Below, in pieces: positions 10,750-19,531 of a DNA stretch of 64,000 nt. The notes beneath the pieces were generated by a model. That model made no database searches, was not told the DNA's origin, and worked only from the letters and a program-made list of their open reading frames with translations. Positions within the stretch are counted from its first letter, which is position 1. Each line of letters opens with the position of its first letter. The DNA is from Bryobacteraceae bacterium. Its GTDB lineage: Bacteria; Acidobacteriota; Terriglobia; Bryobacterales; Bryobacteraceae. Made by a program: the position numbers and the translations under genes. The stretch lies in NCBI GenBank assembly GCA_965217745.1, contig OZ244565.1, forward strand, positions 5,075,281 to 5,139,280, read 5' to 3'.

Positions 10750-11523
10750 CTAATTTACAGCGAAGTCCCAGATCATGAGCCGCAGATCGTCGGTGTCGTT
10801 GGATTCGGAGTACTCCATAAGAGCATACTCACCCGGATCCAACGGCTTTTCCGGCCAGACGCGGTAAAGATTCCACATTAGCTGCTGCTCGAAGGTCTCC
10901 ATCTGTTTGCGGTCTTCAATTGCCTGATTGCCCACTGGAATGATGGAGATGTTCTCTACAACACGCTGACCTTTGCGAGGCGTTAGACGAATGATGCCAA
11001 ACTTCTCCTCCTTAGCCAACCGGAGGAAGAAGTTAGGACGATCTTCGTGAATCTGGAACGCTGCATGCTCGCCTTTGATGACAACCGCCGCCTTGCCTGG
11101 AATGAGCGGCACGGGAGAGATCATCTGCAAAGCTTTGCGAGTCTTGCTGGTAATCACCTGGTAATCGGCCTGAGGAAGAGCCTCGATCTGTTCGGATAGT
11201 TTGAAATATGCTCCGGATTCCATAGGGATGTCAGCGATTTCCTTGCGCTGTGCCCGTTCTGCTTTTTCCTCCTCATCCTCGGCCCGGGCCTCGCGCGTGA
11301 TGGACTCATCCTTCCTCTTCTTCTCCGAATCGGTTTTAGCGAGATCAACCAGCTCTTTCGGGATTTCTTCCCATTCGCCGCGCTCAGTGCTGTAGTAGCG
11401 AATGCGGTCGCTTTGGACTTGGTATTCGCGCACCATTTGATACTCGCCGGACTTCAGGTAAAGCTTAAATGTCTCGCCGAACAGTAATCCGACGCCGAGT
11501 AGAAACAGTAGTCCGAGCCGCAC
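10750..11523 (-). CDS. Hypothetical secreted protein
   Basis: 257-aa ORF with signal-like N terminus MRLGLLFLLGVGLLFG and a central highly charged (E/K/R) segment. No motif recognised. Confidence 0.55.
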   Translation of the reverse strand: MRLGLLFLLGVGLLFGETFKLYLKSGEYQMVREYQVQSDRIRYYSTERGEWEEIPKELVDLAKTDSEKKRKDESITREARAEDEEEKAERAQRKEIADIPMESGAYFKLSEQIEALPQADYQVITSKTRKALQMISPVPLIPGKAAVVIKGEHAAFQIHEDRPNFFLRLAKEEKFGIIRLTPRKGQRVVENISIIPVGNQAIEDRKQMETFEQQLMWNLYRVWPEKPLDPGEYALMEYSESNDTDDLRLMIWDFAVN

Positions 11524-11642
11524 GCCCTCAGTGTACGCCCGGATCGTGGCATGTTAGCTGCAGTTCCGAGACCGCTGGCAGCATTTTGCGATTCGAAGCC
11601 AAATTTTTGCTGTCTGCTTCTCGGTTTACAGCGGTTTTAGGA

Positions 11643-12326
11643 TCACGCGGCGGCTGGTTGGTGCCGTTCTGGAGGCGCTGGAGCGGCGTTTTGCGATTCG
11701 AAGCCAATTTCTCTGTAAGTAGTTGGCGGCGTTGGGTTTGACTCCATCTTCGCGGCTTGGCGCCCGGCGTATCTGGCTTTCGCTTCGGCTTCTTTGATCT
11801 TCAGGATCTCGGCTTTCGAGGACTCGATCGACTGGCGGTAGCACTGCGAGGCGATCTTGGCGTTGAAGACTCCGTACTCGTCGTCGCGGCGCTCTTTCTG
11901 CAGCCGCTTCAATTCGGCCAGGGCTTTGTTGAAGACTCGCTCCTGCTGCGATTGATAGCGCATGAACAGCGAAAGCTGCTTTTCGACGGTGATGAAGTTG
12001 TCCTGCTGCATGCTGCCGGACTGGTAGTCGAGCGCGCGCTGGATCAGCCAGTGGGATTGCGCCAATTTCAGGACCAGAAGCTCTTCGGTTTCGGTGGCGG
12101 GCCGATGTTCTTCAGTGAGGCGATGGAAGAGAGCTTTGTATTGTTCCTTGTCCTCGCTGGGGAGCACGATGAAACTGCCGGTGAAGCCGTGGTTGGTGCG
12201 GTTAGCGCTAGAGGCTTCTTTGCCGGCCTCGGTTTTGGGTCCGGTGGAGAGTTGGGAATTGGCCTGATTGGCGGCGACCTGCGCAGGACTGGCAGACTTC
12301 GCGAAAGAAGAGGGATGATTTTTCAT
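11643..12326 (-). CDS. Conserved hypothetical protein
   Basis: 227 aa. The N-terminal motif QVAANQANSQLSTGPKTEAGKEASSANRTNHG resembles a recurrent uncharacterised family I recall from Acidobacteria/Planctomycetes genomes. This is memory only, with no named domain. Confidence 0.55.
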   Translation of the reverse strand: MKNHPSSFAKSASPAQVAANQANSQLSTGPKTEAGKEASSANRTNHGFTGSFIVLPSEDKEQYKALFHRLTEEHRPATETEELLVLKLAQSHWLIQRALDYQSGSMQQDNFITVEKQLSLFMRYQSQQERVFNKALAELKRLQKERRDDEYGVFNAKIASQCYRQSIESSKAEILKIKEAEAKARYAGRQAAKMESNPTPPTTYREIGFESQNAAPAPPERHQPAAA

Positions 12327-12519
12327 CGCGAAGACACGATAGCATGCGGAGAAAAGGTTTTGACGTTAAGTTGTTGATAGGAAAAAGCAAATAGGTTGTG
12401 ATTGGGAAAAGTGAAAAACTTCGCTAGCAGAAGAGAGGGCTCTCGTGTCTTGGGAAGGGTCAGCCGCGAATCATCGGCTCCCGTGTCTGGACAGAGCATC
12501 AGTCCCGCTGATCATAGGC

Positions 12520-12660
12520 AGCGTTCGCCTTATCTATTTCAGGTTGGTGTTCTGCCGCGCTGCGGCTTTTCGCAAGGAAGATCAGGATCATGATCGACCA
12601 CTTATCTACTATCTGTTCCAGAATTGGCCGAACGAGAGCTGTGCTCGGAACAAGATGTCG
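12520..12660 (-). pseudogene. Possible decayed HxlR-family regulator fragment
   Basis: A minus-strand translation gives ..ILEQIVDKWSIMILIFL.. (about 12574-12624). This resembles the ..LIGRVADKWTMLVLETL.. helix of the intact HxlR gene 340 nt away. The rest of the domain is not in frame. Confidence 0.3.
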
Positions 12661-12998
12661 CTCATTTAATGATCGCGGGAGATTTCTCGCGATTGCCGGG
12701 AGTTTGTGATGGAGGGAGCATACGCCTCCATCACAGGGCGCAGGCATGCTGACCGGCGATCTCCTCGGTCCCTTTGCCTCGCAAGCAACCCATCCAAGAA
12801 AATGTTGTACACCCTCGCTTAGGGGCGTTCATCAGGCACGTCCTTGGCTCGATTTTGGACGGTTCAGCCTTTTTGTAATCTGCCACACGCGAGTTTATGC
12901 TATCGAAGCACGAAACGCTCTCTTGTCAACCTCCCGACGACCGCCGCATACTCATTCGACTGTTGTGGTCGTGCCCGGCATAGCGGGTGACCGTGCGT

Positions 12999-13448
12999 TC
13001 ACGAACAACGGACTGCAGCCTTCTTCACGGAATCGAACTCGGATCTTGCGGCTTCGACATGTTCCAGGTGCTTTTCCGCCCACATCCATACGCCGCAGAA
13101 GGCCGCGCTCAAACTCAACCCAAGTTCCGTAAGCCGGTATTCGACCTTAGGTGGGATCACCGGGTGCACTGTGCGTGTCAGAAGACCATCGCGTTCCATG
13201 GCACGGAGCGTTTGAGTTAGCATCTTCTGGCTCACACCGGGGATCAGCTTGGCTAAGCGCGTGAAACGCAGCTCGCCCTCCTCGACGAGAGTTTCCAGCA
13301 CCAACATCGTCCACTTGTCCGCCACCCGGCCGATCAGATCCGTAACCAGCATCTCCACGCGAGAGTTAGTGATAGCGGGCTGTTCGCATGCAGCAAACGC
13401 CGTGAAGCCGGCGATTTGCTCCTGAGAGAATTGCTGTTTCCGGGCCAT
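12999..13448 (-). CDS. HxlR family transcriptional regulator
   Basis: The winged-helix HxlR pattern is present: DKWTMLVLETLVEEGELRFTRLAKLIPGVSQKMLTQTLRAMERDGLLTRTVHPVIPPKVEYRLTELG. I start it at ATG 13448 (MARKQQF..) rather than at the longer ORF start 13550. Confidence 0.85.
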   Translation of the reverse strand: MARKQQFSQEQIAGFTAFAACEQPAITNSRVEMLVTDLIGRVADKWTMLVLETLVEEGELRFTRLAKLIPGVSQKMLTQTLRAMERDGLLTRTVHPVIPPKVEYRLTELGLSLSAAFCGVWMWAEKHLEHVEAARSEFDSVKKAAVRCS

Positions 13449-13485
13449 ATACTTCACTCTCTTTCCGGTGCCTATAGAAGGAAAA

Positions 13486-13512
13486 AGTGCCTTCTTGCAA
13501 GAAGAGAGCACT
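13486..13512. promoter_or_regulatory. Candidate operator: perfect 14-nt palindrome CTTCTTGCAAGAAG with flanking AGTGC/GCACT arms
   Basis: The palindrome lies at 13491-13504, 43-56 nt upstream of the HxlR start, in the HxlR/SDR divergent intergenic region. Confidence 0.3.
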
Positions 13513-13907
13513 GCTCTTATACTCGCAGACGTGGAACACATACGCAGCAAAGTGCTGTATGCGGCTTACGGATGGCTGCCGGTAAGCGGCGCGGTGCATT
13601 TGCGCTTGCACCTCGTTGCGCAGTATCTGCAAGATAAGCGTGCTCCAGAGCCTGAGGCCACACTCTTCTATGATTTGAATACTGCGCGCGCTCTAGGCCA
13701 AGCGCCGACGGGCTACTTGCGCTGCTGGTCCTTCGTAGCGGAAGCCTTTGCTTCGGGGCACTGGCCGGAACTGGCACTTGGTTTCAAAGCGGCGGATGGC
13801 TGGTCTGCCGGTATGTCCCTTTCCTCGAATCTTTTCAACCTCGCGGTCTTGCCATGGTTTTCGCTGTACTGCCCGGTGTGTCCACATTTACTTCCTAAGG
13901 AACTTAT

Positions 13908-14669
13908 ATGAAGCTCAGCAACAAGACTGTTCTCATAACAGGTGGCACCAGCGGCATCGGTCTCGAGTTCGCCAAACAGCTGCTTTCGCGCGGAAATGAG
14001 GTTATCGTGACCGGGCGCGAGCAAAGCAAGCTGGATGAGACGAAGAGATCGCTGCCCAATCTTCACACTCTTGCGAGCGATGTGAGCGACTCTCAATCCA
14101 TCGCCACCTTGTACGGTACTGTAGTCGCTAATTTTCCTTCCCTCAACGTACTCATTAACAACGCCGGAATCATGCGGAACATCAGACTGGACCAAGAACG
14201 AGGCCTGGACGATGTCACGCGCGAGATTGACATCAATCTGAGTGGCCCTGTGCGAATGGTTCAGCAATTTCTTACTCACCTAAAGGCCATGGAGGAGGCT
14301 CTAATCGTCAATCTCTCCTCAGGTCTCGCGTTCATCCCGATGCCTGCGTCGCCGGTATACAGCGCAACGAAAGCGGCCATGCATTCCTTCACACAATCCT
14401 TGCGAGTACAGCTCGAAGGCAGCAAGGTGACGGTAGTCGAGCTAGCCCCTCCGGGAACGGAAACGCCTCTCTTGCGGCGCGAGTTCGAGGCTGAGATGAA
14501 GGGACAGAAGGGGATGAACGTGACAACTCTGGTGAGTAAAGCGATCGCAGGAATTGAAGCTGGAAGGTCTGAAGTCCGTCCAGGCCTAAGCAGCGTTCTT
14601 CAGGTGATGAGCCGGATAGCGCCGCATTTCATGTTGAAGCAAATGGTGAAAATGACGCAGCCCAAGTAG
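13908..14669 (+). CDS. SDR family oxidoreductase (classical short-chain dehydrogenase)
   Basis: 253 aa with TGGTSGIGLEFAKQL (TGxxxGxG), NNAG and YSATKAAMHSF (YxxxK). Divergent from the HxlR regulator. Confidence 0.85.
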   Translation: MKLSNKTVLITGGTSGIGLEFAKQLLSRGNEVIVTGREQSKLDETKRSLPNLHTLASDVSDSQSIATLYGTVVANFPSLNVLINNAGIMRNIRLDQERGLDDVTREIDINLSGPVRMVQQFLTHLKAMEEALIVNLSSGLAFIPMPASPVYSATKAAMHSFTQSLRVQLEGSKVTVVELAPPGTETPLLRREFEAEMKGQKGMNVTTLVSKAIAGIEAGRSEVRPGLSSVLQVMSRIAPHFMLKQMVKMTQPK

Positions 14670-14830
14670 GCTCCTCAAGAAGAATCTCGAGACTAAACCT
14701 GATTGCATAAATGTCGTTGTCGCATGACCCGGCCATTGGATCCGAACCGAAGCTGCTGCAGCGGCCGCACTTAAGCAGATGGGGGTTCAGGGAGAGGCGA
14801 ATCACTTGCTGAATTGCTCGCCCCTTTAAC

Positions 14831-15313
14831 TCAGGCTTTCGTTACGAGGGTGGCGAGTTGTTCAGTGCATATCGCCCAGCCCGCATGGAAGCCCATTTTT
14901 TCGTGAGCCTCACGGTCAGCAATAGTCCAGTGCCGCACCCGGGCCGTATACTTCGTTTCTCCGGCTTGATTTTCAAAAGTCAAGACAACCGTCATGAACG
15001 GTTTTTCCGAAGGCATCCAGGCTTGCGTGAAAGCATCGGTGAAGACCAGTTTCTCGTTCTGGACGACTTCGAGATACACGCCGCGATTCGGAAACTCCGT
15101 ACCATCCGGCCCGCGCATTACGAAGAGACTAGACCCGCCGGGGCGAACGTCGGTTTCAACCTGTGGCGTAGTCCAGGGGAGTGGCGCGAACCATTGAGTG
15201 AGAAGCGCCGGGTCGGTCCAGGCCTGGAAGACTTTCTCACAGGGAGCCTCGATGATTCTGGTGAGGATTAGGTCGCGGCCCTCCACCGCAGTCTTGGTTT
15301 TGTTGGCATTCAT
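14831..15313 (-). CDS. SRPBCC/AHSA1 (Aha1-like) domain protein
   Basis: 160 aa. ILTRIIEAPCEKVFQAWTDPALLTQWFAP..GGSSLFVMRGPDGTEFPNRGVYLEVVQNEKLVFTDAF matches the AHSA1/SRPBCC pattern. Confidence 0.8.
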   Translation of the reverse strand: MNANKTKTAVEGRDLILTRIIEAPCEKVFQAWTDPALLTQWFAPLPWTTPQVETDVRPGGSSLFVMRGPDGTEFPNRGVYLEVVQNEKLVFTDAFTQAWMPSEKPFMTVVLTFENQAGETKYTARVRHWTIADREAHEKMGFHAGWAICTEQLATLVTKA

Positions 15314-15346
15314 GGCAGTATCTCTATTCTCGAGGCCGGGCCGGGG

Positions 15347-15748
15347 TTACTGAGCCCGCAGGAGCAGGAGACTTTGCAGCCGGCGATCCCTGAGCCAGAC
15401 GGCGCACCAAAGCAGAGCGCCAAAGCCCACCGGGAATATGATATTGAACAGCGGGGCGCCGACACGCACATGTGTCGCGGCAGCGCCTCCGAGATAACCC
15501 GTGAGCAGAATTGCGCCAAGGATGGCTGTGCGTGGGATCAGATAGAGGACTGTGCTGATGAGCAGCACTACGCCGATACCGGAAATGGCGGACTCGGGAT
15601 ATCCCAACTGCAACGTCGCTTCAACCACTGCGGGCGGCTGGAAGAGCTTCATGCCACCATCTACCAGCAGAAACAGCGCGGGCAAGCCGCTCATCAGGCG
15701 GCTCGCCCAGAGCCGCTGATTCGAGATCGCCGATTGGGTCGACAACAT
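15347..15748 (-). CDS. DoxX-like family membrane protein
   Basis: Four predicted TM segments. LPALFLLVDGGMKLF...LLTGYLGGAAATHVRVG is typical of DoxX_2. I start it at internal M56 (MLSTQSAI..), since the upstream extension looks non-coding. Confidence 0.7.
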   Translation of the reverse strand: MLSTQSAISNQRLWASRLMSGLPALFLLVDGGMKLFQPPAVVEATLQLGYPESAISGIGVVLLISTVLYLIPRTAILGAILLTGYLGGAAATHVRVGAPLFNIIFPVGFGALLWCAVWLRDRRLQSLLLLRAQ

Positions 15749-15988
15749 GGTATTTACCTCCAGAAGACCTTCGCCTGAAATTGCGTGCGTAGTCATAAAG
15801 GTTTTCATTCTCCTTGTTTGGATAGGAAGGCATCCATCGCAGAGCGTCCAGCTGACCGGATGGCCCGGTAGCAGTTCTTGGCTGGAGTGGCCTGCCATAA
15901 TCGCTGCCTTCAAATGTTTAGACCGGGCCCGGCAGCAAAACTCATCGGTGCCCGGAGAAAGAATTTCACCGGGACACAGCTTAAGAAT

Positions 15989-16945
15989 CTAAGCGGGGAA
16001 TTCCATCGGAAGGTCAAAACGCGGAAAAAGCGTTGCGGTATCGAGGAATGAATTGACGCCCGCGACCCGGTCTCCGGAAAGTTCCAGCACGATCAGCGCC
16101 CACGGTGTGTGCCCGCCCTGAGGGCTGGGACGGTATTGGCCAAAGGCGGGCAGGCCGCAAGCCGCCGTTGGGATCAGCCGGGAGCCGCGACATCCGCAAC
16201 CCAAGCCCAGCATCCAAGCTCGAATCGCCTCTGCGCCCCGAATCCAGAGCGCGTAGGGCGGCATCGATAGCGTCGCATCTTCCCGCAGAAGCGTTGCGAG
16301 TTGGTCAACGTCGTAGCGCTCGAATGCCTCGACATAACGCTGGAGTATTTGCTCTTGGGAAGCGGAGAGTGCGGCGGGATCGCTGTCGCGGCGATGAGCC
16401 AGCGTAGCTCTCGCCCGCTGCAGTGCGCTATTCACACCGGCGACGGAAGTTCCCAAAGTTTCAGCAACCTCGGCCGCCGGCCATCCGAGCACTTCCATCA
16501 GGAGAAGCACGGCCCGCTGCTTAGGCGCGAGATTCTGAAGAGCCGCGACGAAGGCAAGCCGAATGCTCTGCCGCAAAATCGCACGTTCTGCCGGGTCCGC
16601 ATCGGACGGGATAGCACGAGCGTCCGCAATGGGCTCAATCCAGTGCTCACGTTCCCGCTGAATCAACGCCTCGAGTGGTGGTCTACCGGAAGACGGAGCA
16701 CCCCGCTCCATCGGACGCTCCCGTCTCTTTCGATGAGCGAGCTCATCCACACAAACGTTCGTCGCGATCCGGTAAAGCCAGGTCCGCAGCGTCGCGCGGC
16801 CATCAAATTGGTCCAGGCTCTTCCAGGCACGGATCAGGGTCTCTTGCGCCGCGTCATCGGCATCGACTACTGAGCCGAGCATCCGGTAGCAGTGGCCTGC
16901 CAACGCCGGTCGATGGAGCTCGATCTGCGCAAACTCAGCATCCAT
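15989..16945 (-). CDS. ECF-type sigma-70 factor with a C-terminal SnoaL/NTF2-like extension (SigJ/ECF41-like)
   Basis: 318 aa. Region 2 is [39 protein letters not shown]. Region 4 is [44 protein letters not shown]. An extension of about 130 aa follows ([27 protein letters not shown]..). Confidence 0.85.
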   Translation of the reverse strand: MDAEFAQIELHRPALAGHCYRMLGSVVDADDAAQETLIRAWKSLDQFDGRATLRTWLYRIATNVCVDELAHRKRRERPMERGAPSSGRPPLEALIQREREHWIEPIADARAIPSDADPAERAILRQSIRLAFVAALQNLAPKQRAVLLLMEVLGWPAAEVAETLGTSVAGVNSALQRARATLAHRRDSDPAALSASQEQILQRYVEAFERYDVDQLATLLREDATLSMPPYALWIRGAEAIRAWMLGLGCGCRGSRLIPTAACGLPAFGQYRPSPQGGHTPWALIVLELSGDRVAGVNSFLDTATLFPRFDLPMEFPA

Positions 16946-17088
16946 TCAGGGCTAACGTACCACACCGGAAAGCGGTCTCTTGGACCTTTGAGACTCGCCC
17001 GAAATGGGTTAACTCACATCAATGGCCCTCAGGCACCCGAGGCCGTCTCTCGAGCCTCGGCGCCAGAGAGAATTGCCTTGAAAGAGCG

Positions 17089-18372
17089 CTACCGGCCAGA
17101 CTGCCGCAGTGGTGAGGCAGCGGCTTTCCCGGCGGCACGCAGGCGGAGGTGACCATATTTTATGAGATAACGGAGGCCGATGAGAGCCGCGGCGAAACCC
17201 GAAGCTGCGCCTATGGCTACGGCCCACCGTGCGCCGAATGCGTCAGCTACCCAGCCGATAATGGGCCCGCCGAGAGGGGTGCCGCCCATTGCTATGGCGA
17301 GCAGAATTGCCATGACTCTGCCGCGCATAGCGGACTCGGTGGATAGTTGTACGGTGCTGACCACAGTGGTTGTGAAAGTCTGTGCAGACAAGCCAATGAT
17401 GCTGAGAGCCGCTCCGAAGAGCCAGTAGTTAGGCATGACCGCCGCTAACGCGAAGCCGAACCCGAAGACCGAGGCAGCGGTGAAGAGAATCGTGACGCGA
17501 GGTTTTTCGCGTCTGGCGGCAAGAAGCGCTCCGGCAATAGATCCAACGGCCATGATTGACGTCAAGAGCCCGTACTGGCTGGCTCCGGCGTGGAAGACGG
17601 TTACGGACATGGTGGAAATGAAGATAGGAAAGTTGAGCCCAAAGGTACCGATCAGGAAGAGCATTCCGAGAACAGCTTTCAGGTCGGGCCGATGCCAGAC
17701 ATAGCGGATGCCTTGGACAAAACTTCCGCGCGTCCGGGCAGCCCGGCTCTCCCGGTGAAGTTCAGAAGGACGAAGCAGCAGCAGCGAGCCGAGTACAGCC
17801 GCAAACGACGCTGCGTTGATTAGAAAAACCGGCCCGGAGCCGATGCTGGCGATGAGCACACCGGCAATGGCCGGACCGATCATCCGCGCTGCGTTGAACG
17901 AAGTGGAATTCAGCGCCACGGCGTTCGAGAGGTCGGATTCAACTACTAATTCCGAGACAAAGGTCTGGCGTGCGGGAGCATCGAATGCAGAGACGGATCC
18001 GAGCAGAAAGGCGAACACGTAGACATGCCATAACTGGACTGCGCCAGTGACGGTAAGGATGCCCAGCAGCAGGGCCAGGATTCCCATAGCCGCCTGAGTG
18101 GCGAACAGAATTTTTCTGCGATCGAAACGATCGGCCGCCAGACCGGTGAGAGGCAGCAGAAGAAGTTGCGGACCGAACTGGAGCGACGTCACCACACCAA
18201 GGGAGGTTGCATTGTGGTGGGTGAGCTGGGTGAGGACGATCCAATCCTGAGCGGTGCGCTGCATCCAAGTTCCGACATTCGACACGATCGCGCCGGCCGC
18301 CCACATCCGGTAGTTGAAGGCTCGAAGCGATCGGAAGGTGCCGGTGGCTAGAGTGCTGGCAGGACTGCTCAT
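17089..18372 (-). CDS. MFS transporter (EntS/MFS_3-like)
   Basis: 427 aa with about 12 TM segments. The N terminus FRSLRAFNYRMWAAGAIVSNVGTWMQRTAQDWIVL is typical of this MFS subfamily. There is a 4-nt overlap with the upstream marR. Confidence 0.85.
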   Translation of the reverse strand: MSSPASTLATGTFRSLRAFNYRMWAAGAIVSNVGTWMQRTAQDWIVLTQLTHHNATSLGVVTSLQFGPQLLLLPLTGLAADRFDRRKILFATQAAMGILALLLGILTVTGAVQLWHVYVFAFLLGSVSAFDAPARQTFVSELVVESDLSNAVALNSTSFNAARMIGPAIAGVLIASIGSGPVFLINAASFAAVLGSLLLLRPSELHRESRAARTRGSFVQGIRYVWHRPDLKAVLGMLFLIGTFGLNFPIFISTMSVTVFHAGASQYGLLTSIMAVGSIAGALLAARREKPRVTILFTAASVFGFGFALAAVMPNYWLFGAALSIIGLSAQTFTTTVVSTVQLSTESAMRGRVMAILLAIAMGGTPLGGPIIGWVADAFGARWAVAIGAASGFAAALIGLRYLIKYGHLRLRAAGKAAASPLRQSGR

Positions 18373-18821
18373 GTTTCGATCAAGCGCTTGAGAAGCTTGA
18401 TGGCGGCCGCGAGTTCCTTCTGTTCAGGCGGAGCGATTTTGGCTTGGATGGCACGGAATAACCAGTCCTCCCGCGCAGCCCGGCCGGCGGCGAGCATTTT
18501 CCGGCAGGCGCTAGTAAGAGACAAAATGGTCTGCCGTCCGTCGGCAGGGTCGGGCGCTCCAGTGACGAAACCAGCCTCTTCGAGAGCGGAAACGGTAGCT
18601 CCCATGGATTGAGTACGGACGCCCTCCGCCTTAGCAAGAGTTGTCAAGGTGGCGGGACCGTCGCGTTCCAAACGCAGGAGAGCCGATTTTTGAGACCATG
18701 TGAAATCTCCGGGCTGTGATTGTTCGCGCAACTGCCGGCTGAGTTTGCCGATTAGAACGCGTAGTTCCCCAGCCAGAGCCAAGGCACCCGCGGCCTGGGG
18801 ATTGTTGCGCTGCTGATGCAT
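18369..18821 (-). CDS. MarR family transcriptional regulator
   Basis: 150 aa. FTWSQKSALLRLERDGPATLTTLAKAEGVRTQSMGATVSALEEAGFVTGAPDPADGRQTIL is the MarR winged-helix pattern. Confidence 0.9.
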   Translation of the reverse strand: MHQQRNNPQAAGALALAGELRVLIGKLSRQLREQSQPGDFTWSQKSALLRLERDGPATLTTLAKAEGVRTQSMGATVSALEEAGFVTGAPDPADGRQTILSLTSACRKMLAAGRAAREDWLFRAIQAKIAPPEQKELAAAIKLLKRLIET

Positions 18822-18850
18822 GCTGTCTACTGAAAGAGATGCGAAGGAAA

Positions 18851-18873
18851 ACTACCAAGTTGCACTACCAAGT
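18851..18873. promoter_or_regulatory. Candidate operator/promoter element: ACTACCAAGT-TGC-ACTACCAAGT
   Basis: Perfect 10-nt direct repeat with a 3-nt spacer, 30-52 nt upstream of the marR ATG (18821). Confidence 0.3.
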
Positions 18874-19195
18874 CTGGCTTCCTTTGGTTTTTAGGTCTAA
18901 GAGACAATTCGAGCTGCAAGTGAAGTGGTTTTAGCACGCCAGCGCTTGGGTAAAGAGTTCTTTCCCCGAGCAAGGATCAGCTTTTGCACACAAGCTAGTC
19001 GAGTCGTTGCAGCTCTAGCTGGAAGTATGCCTAGCTATGTCGAACGCAATCGCTTGAAGAAGCCGACTGGAGGAGGTTTCCTGGCCCCGGGTGCAGATCG
19101 AGCTTGATTGGAATCAATTGATCCGACCGGGAAGGCATCTGGAAACTAGACTGCCATAGGCAGCGAAGATCCTTAGCTGATCGACATCAAGCGGC

Positions 19196-19531
19196 TCAGG
19201 TCCTCTCTTCGATGCGTTCCGGTGCGTTCATATTGAGGACCTTGATTGTTACCTCTCCTGTAGGAGTTAAACCGGCGATCTCACGCCCGTCAAACCGGAA
19301 ATAGTCCTGCCAGCACTGCGTCCTTGGATGGAAGCGGCGAACGTCTTTACCTGCTTCGTCAAGATCCGAAATGAGTGCTCCCTTATTCAGATTGCAGGGG
19401 GTGCAGATGCACTCCAGATTCTCGACATCATTCGTTCCCCTAGCTTTCGTCTGATGATGTGATCGACTTGGTATAAAGTGGTGAGTCGAAGGCGGCAGTC
19501 CGGCGAAGGCTCGCCCTCGCGCCCGATTCAA
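19196..19531 (-). CDS. HNH endonuclease-like protein, N-terminally atypical or possibly degenerate
   Basis: 111 aa with a TTG start. HHFIPSRSHH..NDVENLECICTPCNLNKG gives the H..N..CxxCN..K core. The N-terminal CxxC seen in the paralog at 43029 is absent (..RAFAGLPP..). Confidence 0.6.
   Translation of the reverse strand: MNRARGRAFAGLPPSTHHFIPSRSHHQTKARGTNDVENLECICTPCNLNKGALISDLDEAGKDVRRFHPRTQCWQDYFRFDGREIAGLTPTGEVTIKVLNMNAPERIEERT

Noticed and set aside
12746-14279. ORFs 12746-13132, 13366-13632, 13468-13911 and 13713-14279, which overlap the HxlR and SDR genes or fill their intergenic region.
   Set aside because: They conflict with two genes that carry clear family motifs, and they have no recognisable features of their own.
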